In this document: one piece after another, positions 25,623 through 37,480 of the stretch | How the letters are laid out: each line of letters begins with the position of its first letter | How positions within the stretch are numbered: position 1 is the stretch's first letter | Origin: Mustelus asterias | Taxonomy: Eukaryota | NCBI RefSeq assembly: GCF_964213995.1 | Contig: NC_135813.1 | Location: 13,764,001 to 13,828,000, forward strand | Direction of reading: 5' to 3' | Length of the DNA stretch: 64,000 nt | Made by a program: the position numbers and the translations under genes | The notes under the pieces: generated by a model | Told to the model about the DNA's origin: nothing | Seen by the model: only the letters and a program-made list of their open reading frames with translations | The model's database searches: none

Positions 25623-25916
25623 GCTTAAACAACCTCTGATCGATATAATCTTCATCATGATACAAGAAGAAGCCTATAAGGAGTCTTCAGCTAGATATTC
25701 TATATTTCAGAAATCATCATTTTCATCTGTCTGTTTTAAGAAAATAAATGGTAATCAACAATACATTAATGACCAGGACAAGCTGATGAAAATTACAAGG
25801 AAAAGCCTTCTAAGTATCATGTAAAAAATAACCCTGATTCTGCAACATGATGCTACTCAGAGTTGAGGTAAACTCAGGCCAAGGAGAGGAGTGAGAGAAC
25901 ATTGAGATGCTTCATT

Positions 25917-26115
25917 TAAAGGTAAGGTAAAGTTGCCATAGTCCCAGATGACCATAGGCTGCTCTCCCCTTTGAGGGGGGAGAGCTGACTGGTGATGATT
26001 TTAACCTGAGGATCCCCACACCTCAGGTTGAGAAGGCGGGCCCTCATGAATAGCCTGAGCCTGTACGGGAATTGAACCCTTGCTGTTGACATCGCTCTGC
26101 ATCACTAATCAGCTG
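25917..26115 (-). mobile_element. Second tRNA-derived SINE family
   Basis: Minus-strand B-box GGGTTCAATTCCCG and a (CTTTAC/CTTAC)n tail. Confidence 0.5.
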
Positions 26116-26384
26116 ATCATAACTGTAAATTCAACTTAAGCTCATTCAATTGACACATCTCACCTTGACCTGCCTCTGTAAGTCGAATGGAGCAATCCTG
26201 TCGACTTGTTAAGGGGATGTGAAGAGGTGCACACTTTGTTCCACATTCCCAGGTTAAACCAACCTTGTTGTGACCATGTACTAAAATCAACAAAAGCTGG
26301 TAGACACCAGTCAAATATGATTTGCTAATCATCCCAATGGAGTTGTGGCATGAAACAATTATTGTACCTCAGCTTTTTATGCTG

Positions 26385-26505
26385 CTGTTTCCAACATTAC
26401 AACAGTGACTATACTTCAAAAGTACTGCATTGGCTGCAAAACACTTTGATTCACTTGATGCTTGTGAAAAGTGTGAGATAAATGCAAATCTTCTTTCTTT
26501 CTTTC
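26385..26505 (+). mobile_element. Ancient L2-tailed SINE 3' end (DeuSINE-like)
   Basis: CATTACAACAGTGACTATACTTCAAAAGTACTGCATTGGCTG...ATAAATGCAAATCTTCTTTC. Similar remnants near 14560-14640 and 19668-19712. Confidence 0.45.
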
Positions 26506-27524
26506 TGTGTGTCAGTATATGGCATCTAGCTACAGCCCAGCCAACAGGTATGGCAGATATTGTAAGAAATGCCCCAGTCTGGTTTATTTTCAGTTTCTCA
26601 TGAATGATTCAGTCTGACTCCAGACTATGGGCAAGTTGGTCTGTATTCTGATTAAATACAATGGGATAGATTTTGTGGTCAGTAGCAAAGCCATGGCTGC
26701 CCACAAAGATCCAACGATCTCTGCGACATGGATTTCCTATCTACTGAAGTTAGTTTAAGTCTAATGTCAAGTCAAGGGAATCTCCAGGCCTCCAGCAAAA
26801 GGCAGGACAAGGATCCATCACATTGAAGTATTCACAGCAAATCAGGAAGTACAAAACACTGAATTACTTCACTTTTAATTTTACACATGGCAAATTAATT
26901 GATTGCGACATACACACAGGATTAAGGTAGAAGCTAAAATATGATCTACATACGTGAAAAAAATTAAAATGTGGAATTTATCAGAATGGAGAAATTTGAT
27001 ATTCAACAAATATACTTTGAGGCCAGAGAGACTCCTTAGAGGTAATTATGAAATGTCTACACTGTTAAAAACCCAGTTACACCTTCACATTCTATGAGGT
27101 GTATTTTGTTTCATGACTGACAGAGTAGGAGTGGAAATTCTTGTCAAGTCAGTGATTTCTAATTGAGTGCATTTCGGGGTGAAAGTAAAAGCGTACCATC
27201 TGGAGAAACAGAATCACTGAAAGTAATTTCTTGATTTCTGGTTTAACTGTACAGATGTAAACTCGAGAAGTTGCTGTCAATTTCAGACATGTAATTTTGT
27301 AACCGTTTTGCCGTTATTGCTACTGCTAAATCCAGAAAATTCTTGCTGTAATATTATGTCAGCCGCTTTATCCTACTATTAAAGTTCATTTAAAATGGTT
27401 GGGTTTTTTTTCCATTTGTTTAATTGTTACTTGTGTGCAATGAAAATGTTAATAAGAAAGTATAAAATCTAGAAAATTAATAAGCATGTCCTACAAATAC
27501 AAGGAAAAGCCTTCTAAGTATCAT

Positions 27525-27647
27525 GTGGGATTTTACAGTCTCGCTCGACCTGAGACGGAAAATCCCGCCCGAGGTCAACAGACATTTCCATTGTCCGTCC
27601 CTCGCCCACTCCAATTCCGTGTCGGGCGGGTGGTAGAATTCCGGCGC
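27525..27647. mobile_element. Harbinger-type MITE (reverse orientation relative to 23524)
   Basis: GGGATTTTACAG...AAATCCCGCCCGAGGTCAAC...CCATTGTCCGTCCCTCGCC...GTAGAATTCCGGC. Confidence 0.7.
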
Positions 27648-28618
27648 ATCTATGGTGTTCCACTAAATATATCCCTTTCAATTTGGTTTTGCAGTTAGTT
27701 TTTAATCCTTACTTCAGTGTGTCTATAAATTGGAAGTAAACATTCCACAAAAGTCTTTCTCCCACTTTGCAACTTGTTTCGTCTATCTTTGTTTATACTT
27801 TGCCCAGAAGCATCACCAGACATTGCGGGGCAACTTTTCATCATCAACACACACCTGAATCCTGCAATGCGCTTCCAGTCTACAGAGCCCTGTGCCATGA
27901 TTGCGGGAGATGAAAATTTATTCCTCTGTGACTAACTCACTGCAAATTTCCTTAGGGCCCTATTAACAAAACATTACATTCGTAACGTTCTTTGTACTCC
28001 CTTTCAACACATGATAAACAGCATTTTCTTATTAGTACATTTACATTGTAAACAATAAAGCTCCTTAATTTCTGCAGATTCACCAACGAGGGCGGGTTTA
28101 TAATGTGGCATGAAGAAATAAATGGATGGTTGGCTATCCACAATTCTTCATCAAGATAGATAGAGTTAACCAGTTTCCATACAGCTTCTAGCAAAAAAAA
28201 ACACAAGAGCAGTGCAGGAGTAGGCTATCTGCCAGCCCCTCTATGTTAGCAAATGCACATCAAGATTGGAAAACTAATGAGGGGAACAAAACACAAATGT
28301 TTAAGATTATATCAAAGAAATAGATGACTTATTAGAGTTGGCTCTCAGATGTGGAGAGCTGGTAGGAGGCGGGCAGCTAAATAGCTAATAAAGAGCTTGC
28401 TGGCTCAAGATGATGAGCATATTTAAAGGGATGCAGTTGCTTAAAGGTAAATGACGGCATATTTGATTTGATTTTTTATCACGTACTGGGATACAGTGAA
28501 AAATATTGTTTCTTGCGCGCTATACAAAACATATCGTTCATGAAGTACACAGGGGAAAAGGAAAAGGATAGTGCGCAAAATATAGTGTTGCAGTTACAGG
28601 TGGGTGAAGAGAAAGATC

Positions 28619-29202
28619 AGCACGGTGGCACAGTGGTTAGCAGCACTGCTGCCTCACAGCGCCAGGGACCTGGGTTCAATTCCGGCTTTGGGTGACTGTG
28701 TGGAGTTTGCATATGCTCCCCATGTCAGCGTGGGTTTCCTCCAGGTGCTCCAGTTTCCTCCCACAGTCCAAAGATGTGCGGATTAGGTTGATTGGCCATG
28801 TTAAATTGACCCTAGTATCAGGGGGATTAGCAGGGTAAATATGTGGGGTTACGGGAATAGGGCCTGGGTGGGATTGTGGTCGGTGCAGACTCGATGGGCC
28901 AAATGGCCTCCTCCTGCACTGTAGGGATTCTATGATTCAATTCCGGCCTTGGGTCACTGTCTGTGTGGAGTTTGCATGTTCTCCCCGTGTCTGCGTGGGT
29001 TTCCTCCGGGTGCTCCGGTTTCCCCCCACAGTTCAGAGATGTGCAGGTTAGGCTGATTAGCCATACTGAATTGCCCCTTAGTGTCAGGGGGACTAGCAGA
29101 GTAAATAGGTGGGGTTATGGGGATAGGGCCTGGGTGGGATTGTTTTTGGTGCAGACTCGATGGGTTGAATGGCCTCTTTCTACACTGTAGGGCTCCTATG
29201 AT
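28619..29202 (+). mobile_element. Tandem pair of HE1-like SINEs with CR1-type tail (tail type A)
   Basis: A full copy ending GGATTCTATGATTC runs directly into a second copy that starts at its B-box (TTCAATTCC). Confidence 0.85.
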
Positions 29203-29310
29203 ATGGTAGAACCATTCACAAGTCTGATGACAGCAGGGAAGAAGCTGTTAGCTTTTAAAGAGGCTGAAAATATTTTCAAAAAATAGATATACGGCATTTC
29301 TAACGCCTTT

Positions 29311-29446
29311 GGGCGCGAGCTTACCTGATGTTCACGCCACACTCCCACTGCAGTGAAGTCGGGGAACTTGGTGGGCAGCCAAATCTCTGTTCACTGCGGC
29401 GGGATGGTAAAATCCCATCGGTGTGAGCGGTGGTAACGTTCCGGCC
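29311..29446. mobile_element. Degenerate Harbinger-type MITE
   Basis: GGGCGCGAGCTTACC ... GGTAACGTTCCGGCC inverted ends. Confidence 0.5.
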
Positions 29447-29717
29447 TTTGGGTTTTGGGGAAAAACTAATATAATTACACAGAAGCTAGCATAATAGAAA
29501 GAAAAAGTTTTTTGTTTATTGATGGAGCTTTCTGTTTGATACCTCACGTAGGGTTACTGTTATGAAGTTAGTACAACAGTTCCTGACACACACTGATAGC
29601 CAGGATCAATACAAAACACAGGAGTGAATGTGGAGGAAAATGGCACAGCTTAAAGATGTGGTTAAGGTAAGCCTCTCCAATGTTTGTGTTCCACATATGC
29701 ATGCCACAAAACATTAT

Positions 29718-30014
29718 TCAAGTTTATTTATTAGTCACAAGTAGGCTTACATTCACACTGCAATGAAGTTACTGTGAAAATCCCCGAGTCGCCACACTCC
29801 GGCGCCTATTTGGGTACGCTGAGGGAAAATTTAGCATGGCCTACGCACCTAACCAGCACGTCTTTCAGACTGTGGGAGAAAACCGGAGCACCCGGAGGAA
29901 ATGCACGCAGACATGGGGAGAATGTGCAGACGACAGTGACCCAAGCCAGGAATTGAACCTGGGTCCCTGACGCTGTGAGGCAGCAGTGCTAACCACTGTG
30001 CCACCGTGCTGCCC
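29718..30014 (-). mobile_element. tRNA-derived SINE, tail type B
   Basis: Same head, core and tail as 18881-19180. Confidence 0.85.
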
Positions 30015-30584
30015 TGGTGCTCATTTAGTGCTGACCAATACCAAATGTTCACACAGTCTTACAGCTCTTTCATTGCCAACCGTGCAGATTCAAATGGCAC
30101 ACATTACAGCTATAATTCACAATGGCAAGCCTGAAACTGATTTCACATCTTTAAAGGGACTCCATTGTGAAAGCACATCCTACAATGCAGTCATCTAATC
30201 ACACCCAGGGTGGACTGCACCTTCAGCATATTGTGAGGGTGCACCTTCAACGATCCAACATGTCAAGATTGCTACTCTGTTTCCATAAGCAGTCAGTAAT
30301 TGTCCTAATATGAGGGAGCAGTCCCAAAGGAGAGAAGTGGAGTTCTGAAATTACAACCCTGAACTCTGCTGCAGGAGGTCACTCTGTTAACCGTGCGTCT
30401 ACGATCAGAGAGGAGTCGAGCCAGGCTGAAGCTGGAAAACCCTGTTACATTGTGGAGTTGGACAATCCGCAAGCCCATAAGCTATTACCACATTAAAATT
30501 CAAAACATGCCAATTTTTCTTTTCAAATGACTTCCCTCTTTTATTTACCAGTGCTAATATCCAGGTCTTTAACCTCCTCCTCGA

Positions 30585-30830
30585 GGGACATGGTGGCACA
30601 GTGATTAGCACTGCTGCTTCACAGCGGCAGGGACCCAGGTTCAATTCCGGCCTCGGGTGATTGTGTGGAGTTTGCACATTCTCCCCGTGTCTGCGTGGGT
30701 TTCCTCTGGGTACTCCGGTTTCCTCCCTCAGTCCAAAAATGAGCGGGTTAGGTTGAGTGGCCATGCTAAATTGCCCCTTAGTATCAGGAGGACTAGCTAG
30801 GGTAAATAGGTAGGGTTATAGGGATAGGGT
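30585..30830 (+). mobile_element. HE1-like SINE, tail type A (3'-truncated)
   Basis: Head, core and the start of the CR1-derived tail. Confidence 0.8.
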
Positions 30831-32152
30831 CTAAGGGACAGGCTGGTCAGGAAAAAGCTATTCTAGGAGTGTTACTAACAGTGAAAATTAATGCTGACCG
30901 GAATTTAACATCAGCTTTCTATTGTGTTAAAATAGCATAACACCACACATTTAAAACATATTTTAATGATAAAATGGCTGTTAAAAATAGTGAAATTGAG
31001 TTGTGCAGTAATTTACAATTGCTTGGCAGGTTTTATATTTGAGGGAAGGTGTTAAATAAATGTTGTAAGAAGGAAACCTTCTGTCACGTATTAATTTTTT
31101 AAGTCCTTTCCCTAATTTTTTTAGTTGCCCTCTCCCTGCCTGAAAAGTTAGGCCAGTAACTTGCACACACGACCCGACCAAAGCCACTCTTGAACCACTC
31201 ATATTTGAACTATCAGACGGAATTTTCCCATGATTTGGCAAAAGTGGCGTTGAACCCGCCGGTGGCAGTAGCATATTTTTAAGCACTGTAAAAAAGACAT
31301 TTTTCTCCTTGGGTTTCACACTGCCTCCATGGCAGGCAGTGTCTGATTCACCCGCCCTGTCATCAGCTGAACACTACAATCAGTGGGGCACTCCGTTTAA
31401 AGGCAACCCCAGCACATCCCAGCTCCACCTTTATGTCCACTGCAAAGGATGCCTGCCTCAAGATTTTCAGGGACCTCCCTCACCAGGTGCCATGGAGCAA
31501 TGTAGTGACGCCCTCTACCCGCACACAGGGAGGAGACCAGCAAGCAAGTAAATGAACCCCGCAATGAAGACAGTGGTAATGCTGATAAGCACCAGCTCCC
31601 CGCAGAGGAGGATGGGCATTAGGTTTGTGACCCCGAGGCCTCTCTAATATTAAGTCCCACTGAGGTGTGTATCTCCATTGTTGGAGGGTGTGGGTGAAAG
31701 CTGTGACGACTCTTCAGAAAAGGATGAATGATTTCCTTGTTCTGCCAGAGTGGATCACTCCTCCCATCACTCTGAACTCTCACACTCACACACCCATTAC
31801 ACATCCACAGGAAGCACACTCACTGCCAGCTCAAGGGGCACCACCACTTGCTCTCCCACACACATCTTCATCTCCCCTGAGGGTCAACTCCTCACCCCCT
31901 CCCTGCTCCACTCACCATCCACACATGCCAGGCATCCTTAGCAACTGTCCTGGCACACAGCCTATTTACACTCTACCCATTTTAATGCAGGCCAAGTTGG
32001 CTCACAATAAGAGGGAGGGATCCAAGACGATGCCTGAGTTGAAAGTCCTCTTTGAATTCGAGGAGAGAGGTCACTAGTTGGTCGGGGAGGAACTCGATCT
32101 CTCCTGCGCCAAGGATGGAATGGGTGCCAAAAAACTAAGTGAGGATCCAGAA

Positions 32153-32348
32153 CAGTCTAAAGATGTGCGGGTTAGGTTGATTGGCCATGCTAAAATTGCC
32201 CCTTAGTGTCCTGAGATGCGTAGGTTAGAGGGATTAGCGGGTAAATGTGTAGGGATAAGGGGGTAGGGCCTGGGTGGGATTGTGGTCGGTGCAGACTCGA
32301 TGAGCCAGATGGCCTCTTTCTGCACTGTAGAGTTTCTATGATTCCATG
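32153..32348 (+). mobile_element. 5'-truncated HE1-like SINE nested in Harbinger
   Basis: CAGTCTAAAGATGTGCGGGTTAGGTTGATTGGCCATGCTAAA...TTCTATGATTCCATGA. Confidence 0.8.
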
Positions 32349-32571
32349 ACTCAGCTGAGGCCCATTCAGATGATGTGCTTCTGCCTCTGATGATGTGCAG
32401 CTGGAGCTACAAAGGCTAAACCGGGAACATCAGGAAGGAATGTCAGTTACACCCTTCAGAATGAAAGACAGAATGGAGAAGTCCTATCACCTTCTGCCCA
32501 ATGAGATAGTCTCGATACTCCAAAGCAACCAGATCAACACCGGGAGAGTGGCAGCAGCAGTGGCTGCACTA

Positions 32572-32672
32572 GTGCAGGATACACGCTCCATAATGCATGG
32601 CATGTGCTACATGGTGCAGGATATACACTCCATGGTGCATGGCATGTGCTACATGATGCAGGACATGCACTG
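32572..32672 (+). repeat. 42-bp tandem repeat (~2.4 copies), in frame
   Basis: GTGCAGGATACACGCTCCATAATGCATGGCATGTGCTACATG repeated, giving VQDTRSIMHGMCYM/VQDIHSMVHGMCYM. Confidence 0.8.
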
Positions 32673-34547
32673 CATCTTGCAGGCACTTGTGGGTATCCAT
32701 GATTGCCATCACCAGAGAATGGAAAGGCTTCCCAAGCTCCCTCCAGCTGCCCTCATATCCCAGGCAGGAGGCCAGGGGCCCTCGGGCACCCATAGCAAGG
32801 AGGAGAAGGTGGTGCAGAACCCGGGCCTACCACACAGGTGACTCCAGGAGTGCCCAGCCCTTCTGAATCCCCTCTTCCTGTGACCGCTTTAGCCCCAGCC
32901 CCACAGGCTGAGGAGAGTGGCACTGCCACACAGCAGAACCCCGAAAGCAGGCTGGGACCCTCCAGCTCTCAGCCATCCAGAGGACGCCCACCAAGTTCAC
33001 CTCAGACAACAGAGTGTGGCAGACAGCAGCTTGCCTCCACCTCCACTGTGGAACCTGGGGATACACCAATACACAATGGCAGGGTTAGAGAGTTTAAGAG
33101 CTCTCACTACACAGCATCAGCTCAGGTGTCAGGCGCTTGTAGAAAGTGTCCAGCTTTGTAAATACACACCCATCCCCGTGAATAAACTCAAACACACTGC
33201 AACCTCTCTATGGCTCCTTGCTCTGAGATCTCTTCCTGTCATTTCGCGCAGACAACTGCCCTCCTGTTTCATCACAGTGCACCACAGTGAGGACCTGTCC
33301 CTCAACATCTCCCAGAATAACCATGACCCCCCACACCATCCATTCCCCACTCAGCTTGATAACCGAGTGGCCACATCTTTGGCAACCCTACTGTCTCCTG
33401 AGCTCTCATGTAATGCACAGGTATTTATCCCTAGTTTTACTGAAACAGTCAATGGGGGGGGCACCCGTAAAGATGCCCCAGCACACACATCTAATGGACC
33501 AGGGTGCTCTGCTTAACCTGTGTGCCCTAACTCACTGCTGAGAGGGATGTATATGCTCACACATTCAACCAATGGTGCAGGGAGACGATAACAGTCACAG
33601 AATGAGGAGGTCAGCACAGTAAGGGTTAACTGCTGAGTGGCAATCAGTGGCACTCACACACATCAGTGTTTAGTTAGTGGGCATAATTGACTTAGTTGTC
33701 AGACTAAAGCATGATTGCCCAGCAGTTGAATGATCTCAGCTGCAAAGGAATGTTCATTGCTGACATACCTCTCCATTTGAGTTGGCATTGTCAGTAATGC
33801 TCTCAGGGGCAATTATACCCCCCTGCAACAGTCCATGGTTGGCCATCCACTCAACACACTAGTCAGTCTTCCCTTCCCAGTGTGTCAGGGCGTTCCAAGG
33901 AGACAGAGGCCCAGCTGCTAAAAATGCAGCCTCAGGATGGGTCAGTTTAAAACTTGGCTGACCTCCCCTTCTGGGCCCAACTCTTCCCCACGTCTGGCAC
34001 CAAGACCATTGCCCCTTGACCCCAGTGCCATATCCCCAATAGCCCTTGTGCTTTCAGCCCGAGCCCTCAGTATTTCAGCCTGGTGCCTATGCCTGTTGCT
34101 CCTCCCACCCCTCCACCTGTTGCTGCCCCCATGTTGCCCCCTCTCCTTATTGCCCCCACTCCATCTCTTGTCTTCTCTGCCTGTTGCCTCCTCCACGTTG
34201 CTCCCTCTACTTGTTTCCCCCACTCCACCTGTTTCTCTCTCTGCCCCTTGCTCCCTCCACCTGTTTCCGCCCATGCCTGTTGCCCCTCTCTGCCGGTTCA
34301 CCCCCTCCTCACCTCTGGACCAGTCGCTGCTTCAGCCCTCCCAGCCCAAGGTCCTTCACCACTTCAACCTCCCACAAACCGAGGCTCTTTGCCGGTTCTG
34401 AACTGCCCTTGGAAGTGAGCTCGCCAGGTTCCCATTTTTTAAAAGTTGTTGTATATGGTGCCACGGTGACATCAGGCCACCGAGGGCAGATATTTGAGCA
34501 CGGGGGTGATGCTTGCGGCTGAGAGGTCTGATAGTGAGATGCTAATA

Positions 34548-34861
34548 TGGGCACCACAGTGGCACAGTGGTTAGCACTGCTGCCTCACAGCGCCAGGGAC
34601 CCGGGTTCAATTCCAGTCTTGGGGTCACTGTCTGTGTGGAGTTTGTACGTGTCTGCATGGGTTTCCTCCGGATGCTCCGGTTTCCTTCCACACACCAGAG
34701 ATGTGTGGGTTAGGTTGATTGGCCATGATAAATTGCTCCTAGTGTTAGGGATTATCAGGGTAAATGTGTAGGGTTATGGGAATAGGGCCTGGATAGGATT
34801 GTGGTTGGTGCAGGCTTGATGGTCCGAATGGCCTCTTTCTGCACTCTAGGGATTCTATGAT
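34548..34861 (+). mobile_element. HE1-like SINE, tail type A
   Basis: Complete head, core and GGATTCTATGA tail. Confidence 0.85.
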
Positions 34862-34995
34862 CCCCATTTATATATTAAAATGAGATTCCCAATATAGCAT
34901 GGTGGGAACACACACACACACAGGTGGGAGGCCTGTTATGTTACTGGCGGGGGTGGGGAGGTTTTATATTTCTTAAGATTTCTCAATAGTCTTTT

Positions 34996-35310
34996 TCAAA
35001 GACTATTTCCTCGGGTGGATGGAGCTATTACAAGGGGGCATAACTATAGGGTTCGTGGTGGGAGATATAGGAAGGATATCAGAGGTAGGTTCTTTACTCA
35101 GAGAGTGGTTGGGGTGTGGAATGGACTGCCTGCAGTGATAGTGGAGTCAGACACTTTAGGAACATTTAAGCGGTTATTGGATAGGCACATGGAGCACACC
35201 AGGATGATAGGGAGTGGGATAGCTTGGTCTTGGTTTCAGATAAAGCTCGGCACAACATCGTGGGCCGAAGGGCCTGTTCTGTGCTGTACTGTTCTATGTT
35301 CTATGTTCTA
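34996..35310 (+). mobile_element. Young CR1 LINE 3' fragment
   Basis: Translation is identical to that of the 12468-13038 copy. (TTCTATG)n tail. Confidence 0.92.
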
Positions 35311-35662
35311 ATAAACTAAACCACTTGTGACTCCTCTGCAATTTGTTACCCCTGATCAAATCTTGCATGAGGTTTGCAAGGCAGGTTTCCTTCCCTAAAA
35401 GACATTAGTGAACCAATTGGGTTTTACGTAATCCAACGATTTCATGGCCACTTCCACTGAAATTGACTTTTATCCCAGATTTTTTAAAAACTGAGTTAAA
35501 ATGCTCAAATGGTTGGTCACGGTGGGATTTGAACTCAGATTCTCTGGATTATTATTAGTCCAGGTCTTTGTAACACTGGTTCGGAACTAAATTACATTCT
35601 TTGAAACAAACCCAAATATTTCCAGATGTGTGTGTGCGTGCGTGCGTGCGCGCGTGTGTGTG

Positions 35663-35875
35663 TAAAGTTTATTTATTAGTCACAAGTAAGGCTCACATTA
35701 ACACTGCAATGAAGTTACTGTGAAATTCCCCTCATCGCCACACTCCGTCACCTGTTTGGGTCAAACCATCTAATCAGCACGTCTTTCAGAATGTGGGAGG
35801 AAACCAGAACACCCAGAGGAAACCCACGCAGACATGGGGAGAACGTGCAAACTCCACACAGACAGTCACCCAAGC
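35663..35875 (-). mobile_element. SINE tail type B lacking its head, flanked by (TG)n microsatellites
   Basis: Core and tail are present. TG/CG repeats at 35627-35662 and 35876-35895. Confidence 0.75.
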
Positions 35876-37329
35876 TGTGTGTGTGTGTGTGTGTGATTGT
35901 GTGATATCTGTTAATAAACTGAATTCTTTGCAACAGTATATTTTCAGCTATAGCATCCACAAAAGGTGGTGGAAGTTTCTGCAGATGGCAATTGATGTTA
36001 GATCAGTTGTTAACTTTATGTCTGAAACTGACAAATTTTTGTTAACCAAGATATGGAGCAAAGATGGGTATATGGAATTAGTTCACAGATCATCCATGAT
36101 CTCATTGAATTCCAGAACAGACTCGAGGGGATAAATGGCCCCCTTCCTTTTCCCAAGTTCCTAATTTAGATGAAACATTGTGGGGTTCCATTAGGAAACC
36201 AATAGAGCAACTAGGATATTCAAAAAGTTAGGAAACTATTTTCTGCACTGGGAAATCATTTTAAAGCAGAATATACTGCCACTGGCAAAAAAATAATTAC
36301 TCCTTGGTGTGTTCTATTTTATTTACTAATGCACTTTTTAAATAAAATTCAGTGACAAAGGATTTTTATTTCGTTCGCGTAAAAGTTACACTTGTAAAAG
36401 CTAGTATCGACAACATTAAGCATATCTGCTGTCCAGCATTAACCCATGTTGCGATTCATACTGCTTTCATTAAGTGGGGACTGTTTCCTTTTCATATATA
36501 AAACACGTCATCTGCAAATTTTTGCTACACAAAGATAAAAATGGTGAGCACATCAACAATTGTGCAGTAAAACGCTCTTCTCAGTGCCAACCCTACCACA
36601 GAGCATCTGCTTGACATTTTCTTGAACTAAAATTTGACATCTGCTGGAGTTTATGTCAGCAGCATGTTTTGGATAAACAAAAGGAACCACTTGAAACACA
36701 TCGAGGTAATTAGCTAACATTGTAATGACACTTGGTTGTTTTTAACAGGATAAAATACTTACTTTCTGAATTAATAAGTAACTAATAATCAAATGTATTA
36801 CAATAAATGGTGAAGTTATGATGATTGAGAAGTGGTAAAGTCTATTTGCTTGATCTATCAGCGTGATATATTGGAAATTATAGAATCGTTATAGCACAGA
36901 AAGAGGCCATATATTGTTGTACTTTCCTACTGCCTGTAGGTTTAATTGTAAAACATTACAGACATTCTTTGAGAAGTTCTCACTAGCTGATATGAATGGT
37001 TTGGCTGCCCCAGCCCTGATAACTATCCTGATACCATTCCAGCTAAACTAATATAGCAACATTATCATCTGAATGGGCATAATGTTCATTACTGGTCCTG
37101 AGGTTCTCATTCCTAATGAGACCCTTAGGATTTATAATGACTTTAAAGCGCAAACAAAATAAGACTGATCATTCATCTAAGCAATGTGTATAATTTCTAA
37201 TTCTGTGTCCACTTTCATATATTTGGCTAGAGATCTATTTGAAACAATTTTTGGAGATCTGCCTTTGAGTGACTTCCGATGTTATGCTTTCAGTTGCCTT
37301 TCCAGAGAACTGCTTTAGTTATTGTGTGA

Positions 37330-37480
37330 TGGTGTGGAGATGCCGGCTTTGGACTGGGATGGGCACAATAAGAAGTCTCACAACACCAGGTTAAAGTCCA
37401 ACAGGTTTAGGTGGAATCATGAGCTTCGGAGCGTTGCTCCTTCATGAAGGAGCAGTGCTCCGAAAGCTCGTGATACCAAA
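37330..37480. mobile_element. Penelope terminal fragment with palindrome
   Basis: TAAGAAGTCTCACAACACCAGGTTAAAGTCCAACAGGTTTA (as at 7889), followed by a ~59-bp inverted repeat centred at 37444/37445. Confidence 0.75.

Larger units (their letters stand above)
31214..34985 (+). mobile_element. Degenerate Harbinger transposon with Myb/SANT-like gene remnant
   Basis: Remnants PASRFS...DALYPHTGRRPASK...KRMND(F)L.SAR | intron GT 31750 to AG 31990 | AKLAHNKREGSKT.MPELKVL.EFEER, typical of Harbinger Myb/SANT proteins. The downstream coiled-coil ORF 32395-32841 and two nested SINEs lie inside. Ends are approximate. Confidence 0.6.

Noticed and set aside
13683-34771. Recurrent short ORFs of the MAQWLALLPHSARD type
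   Set aside because: They are translations of SINE heads, not genes.
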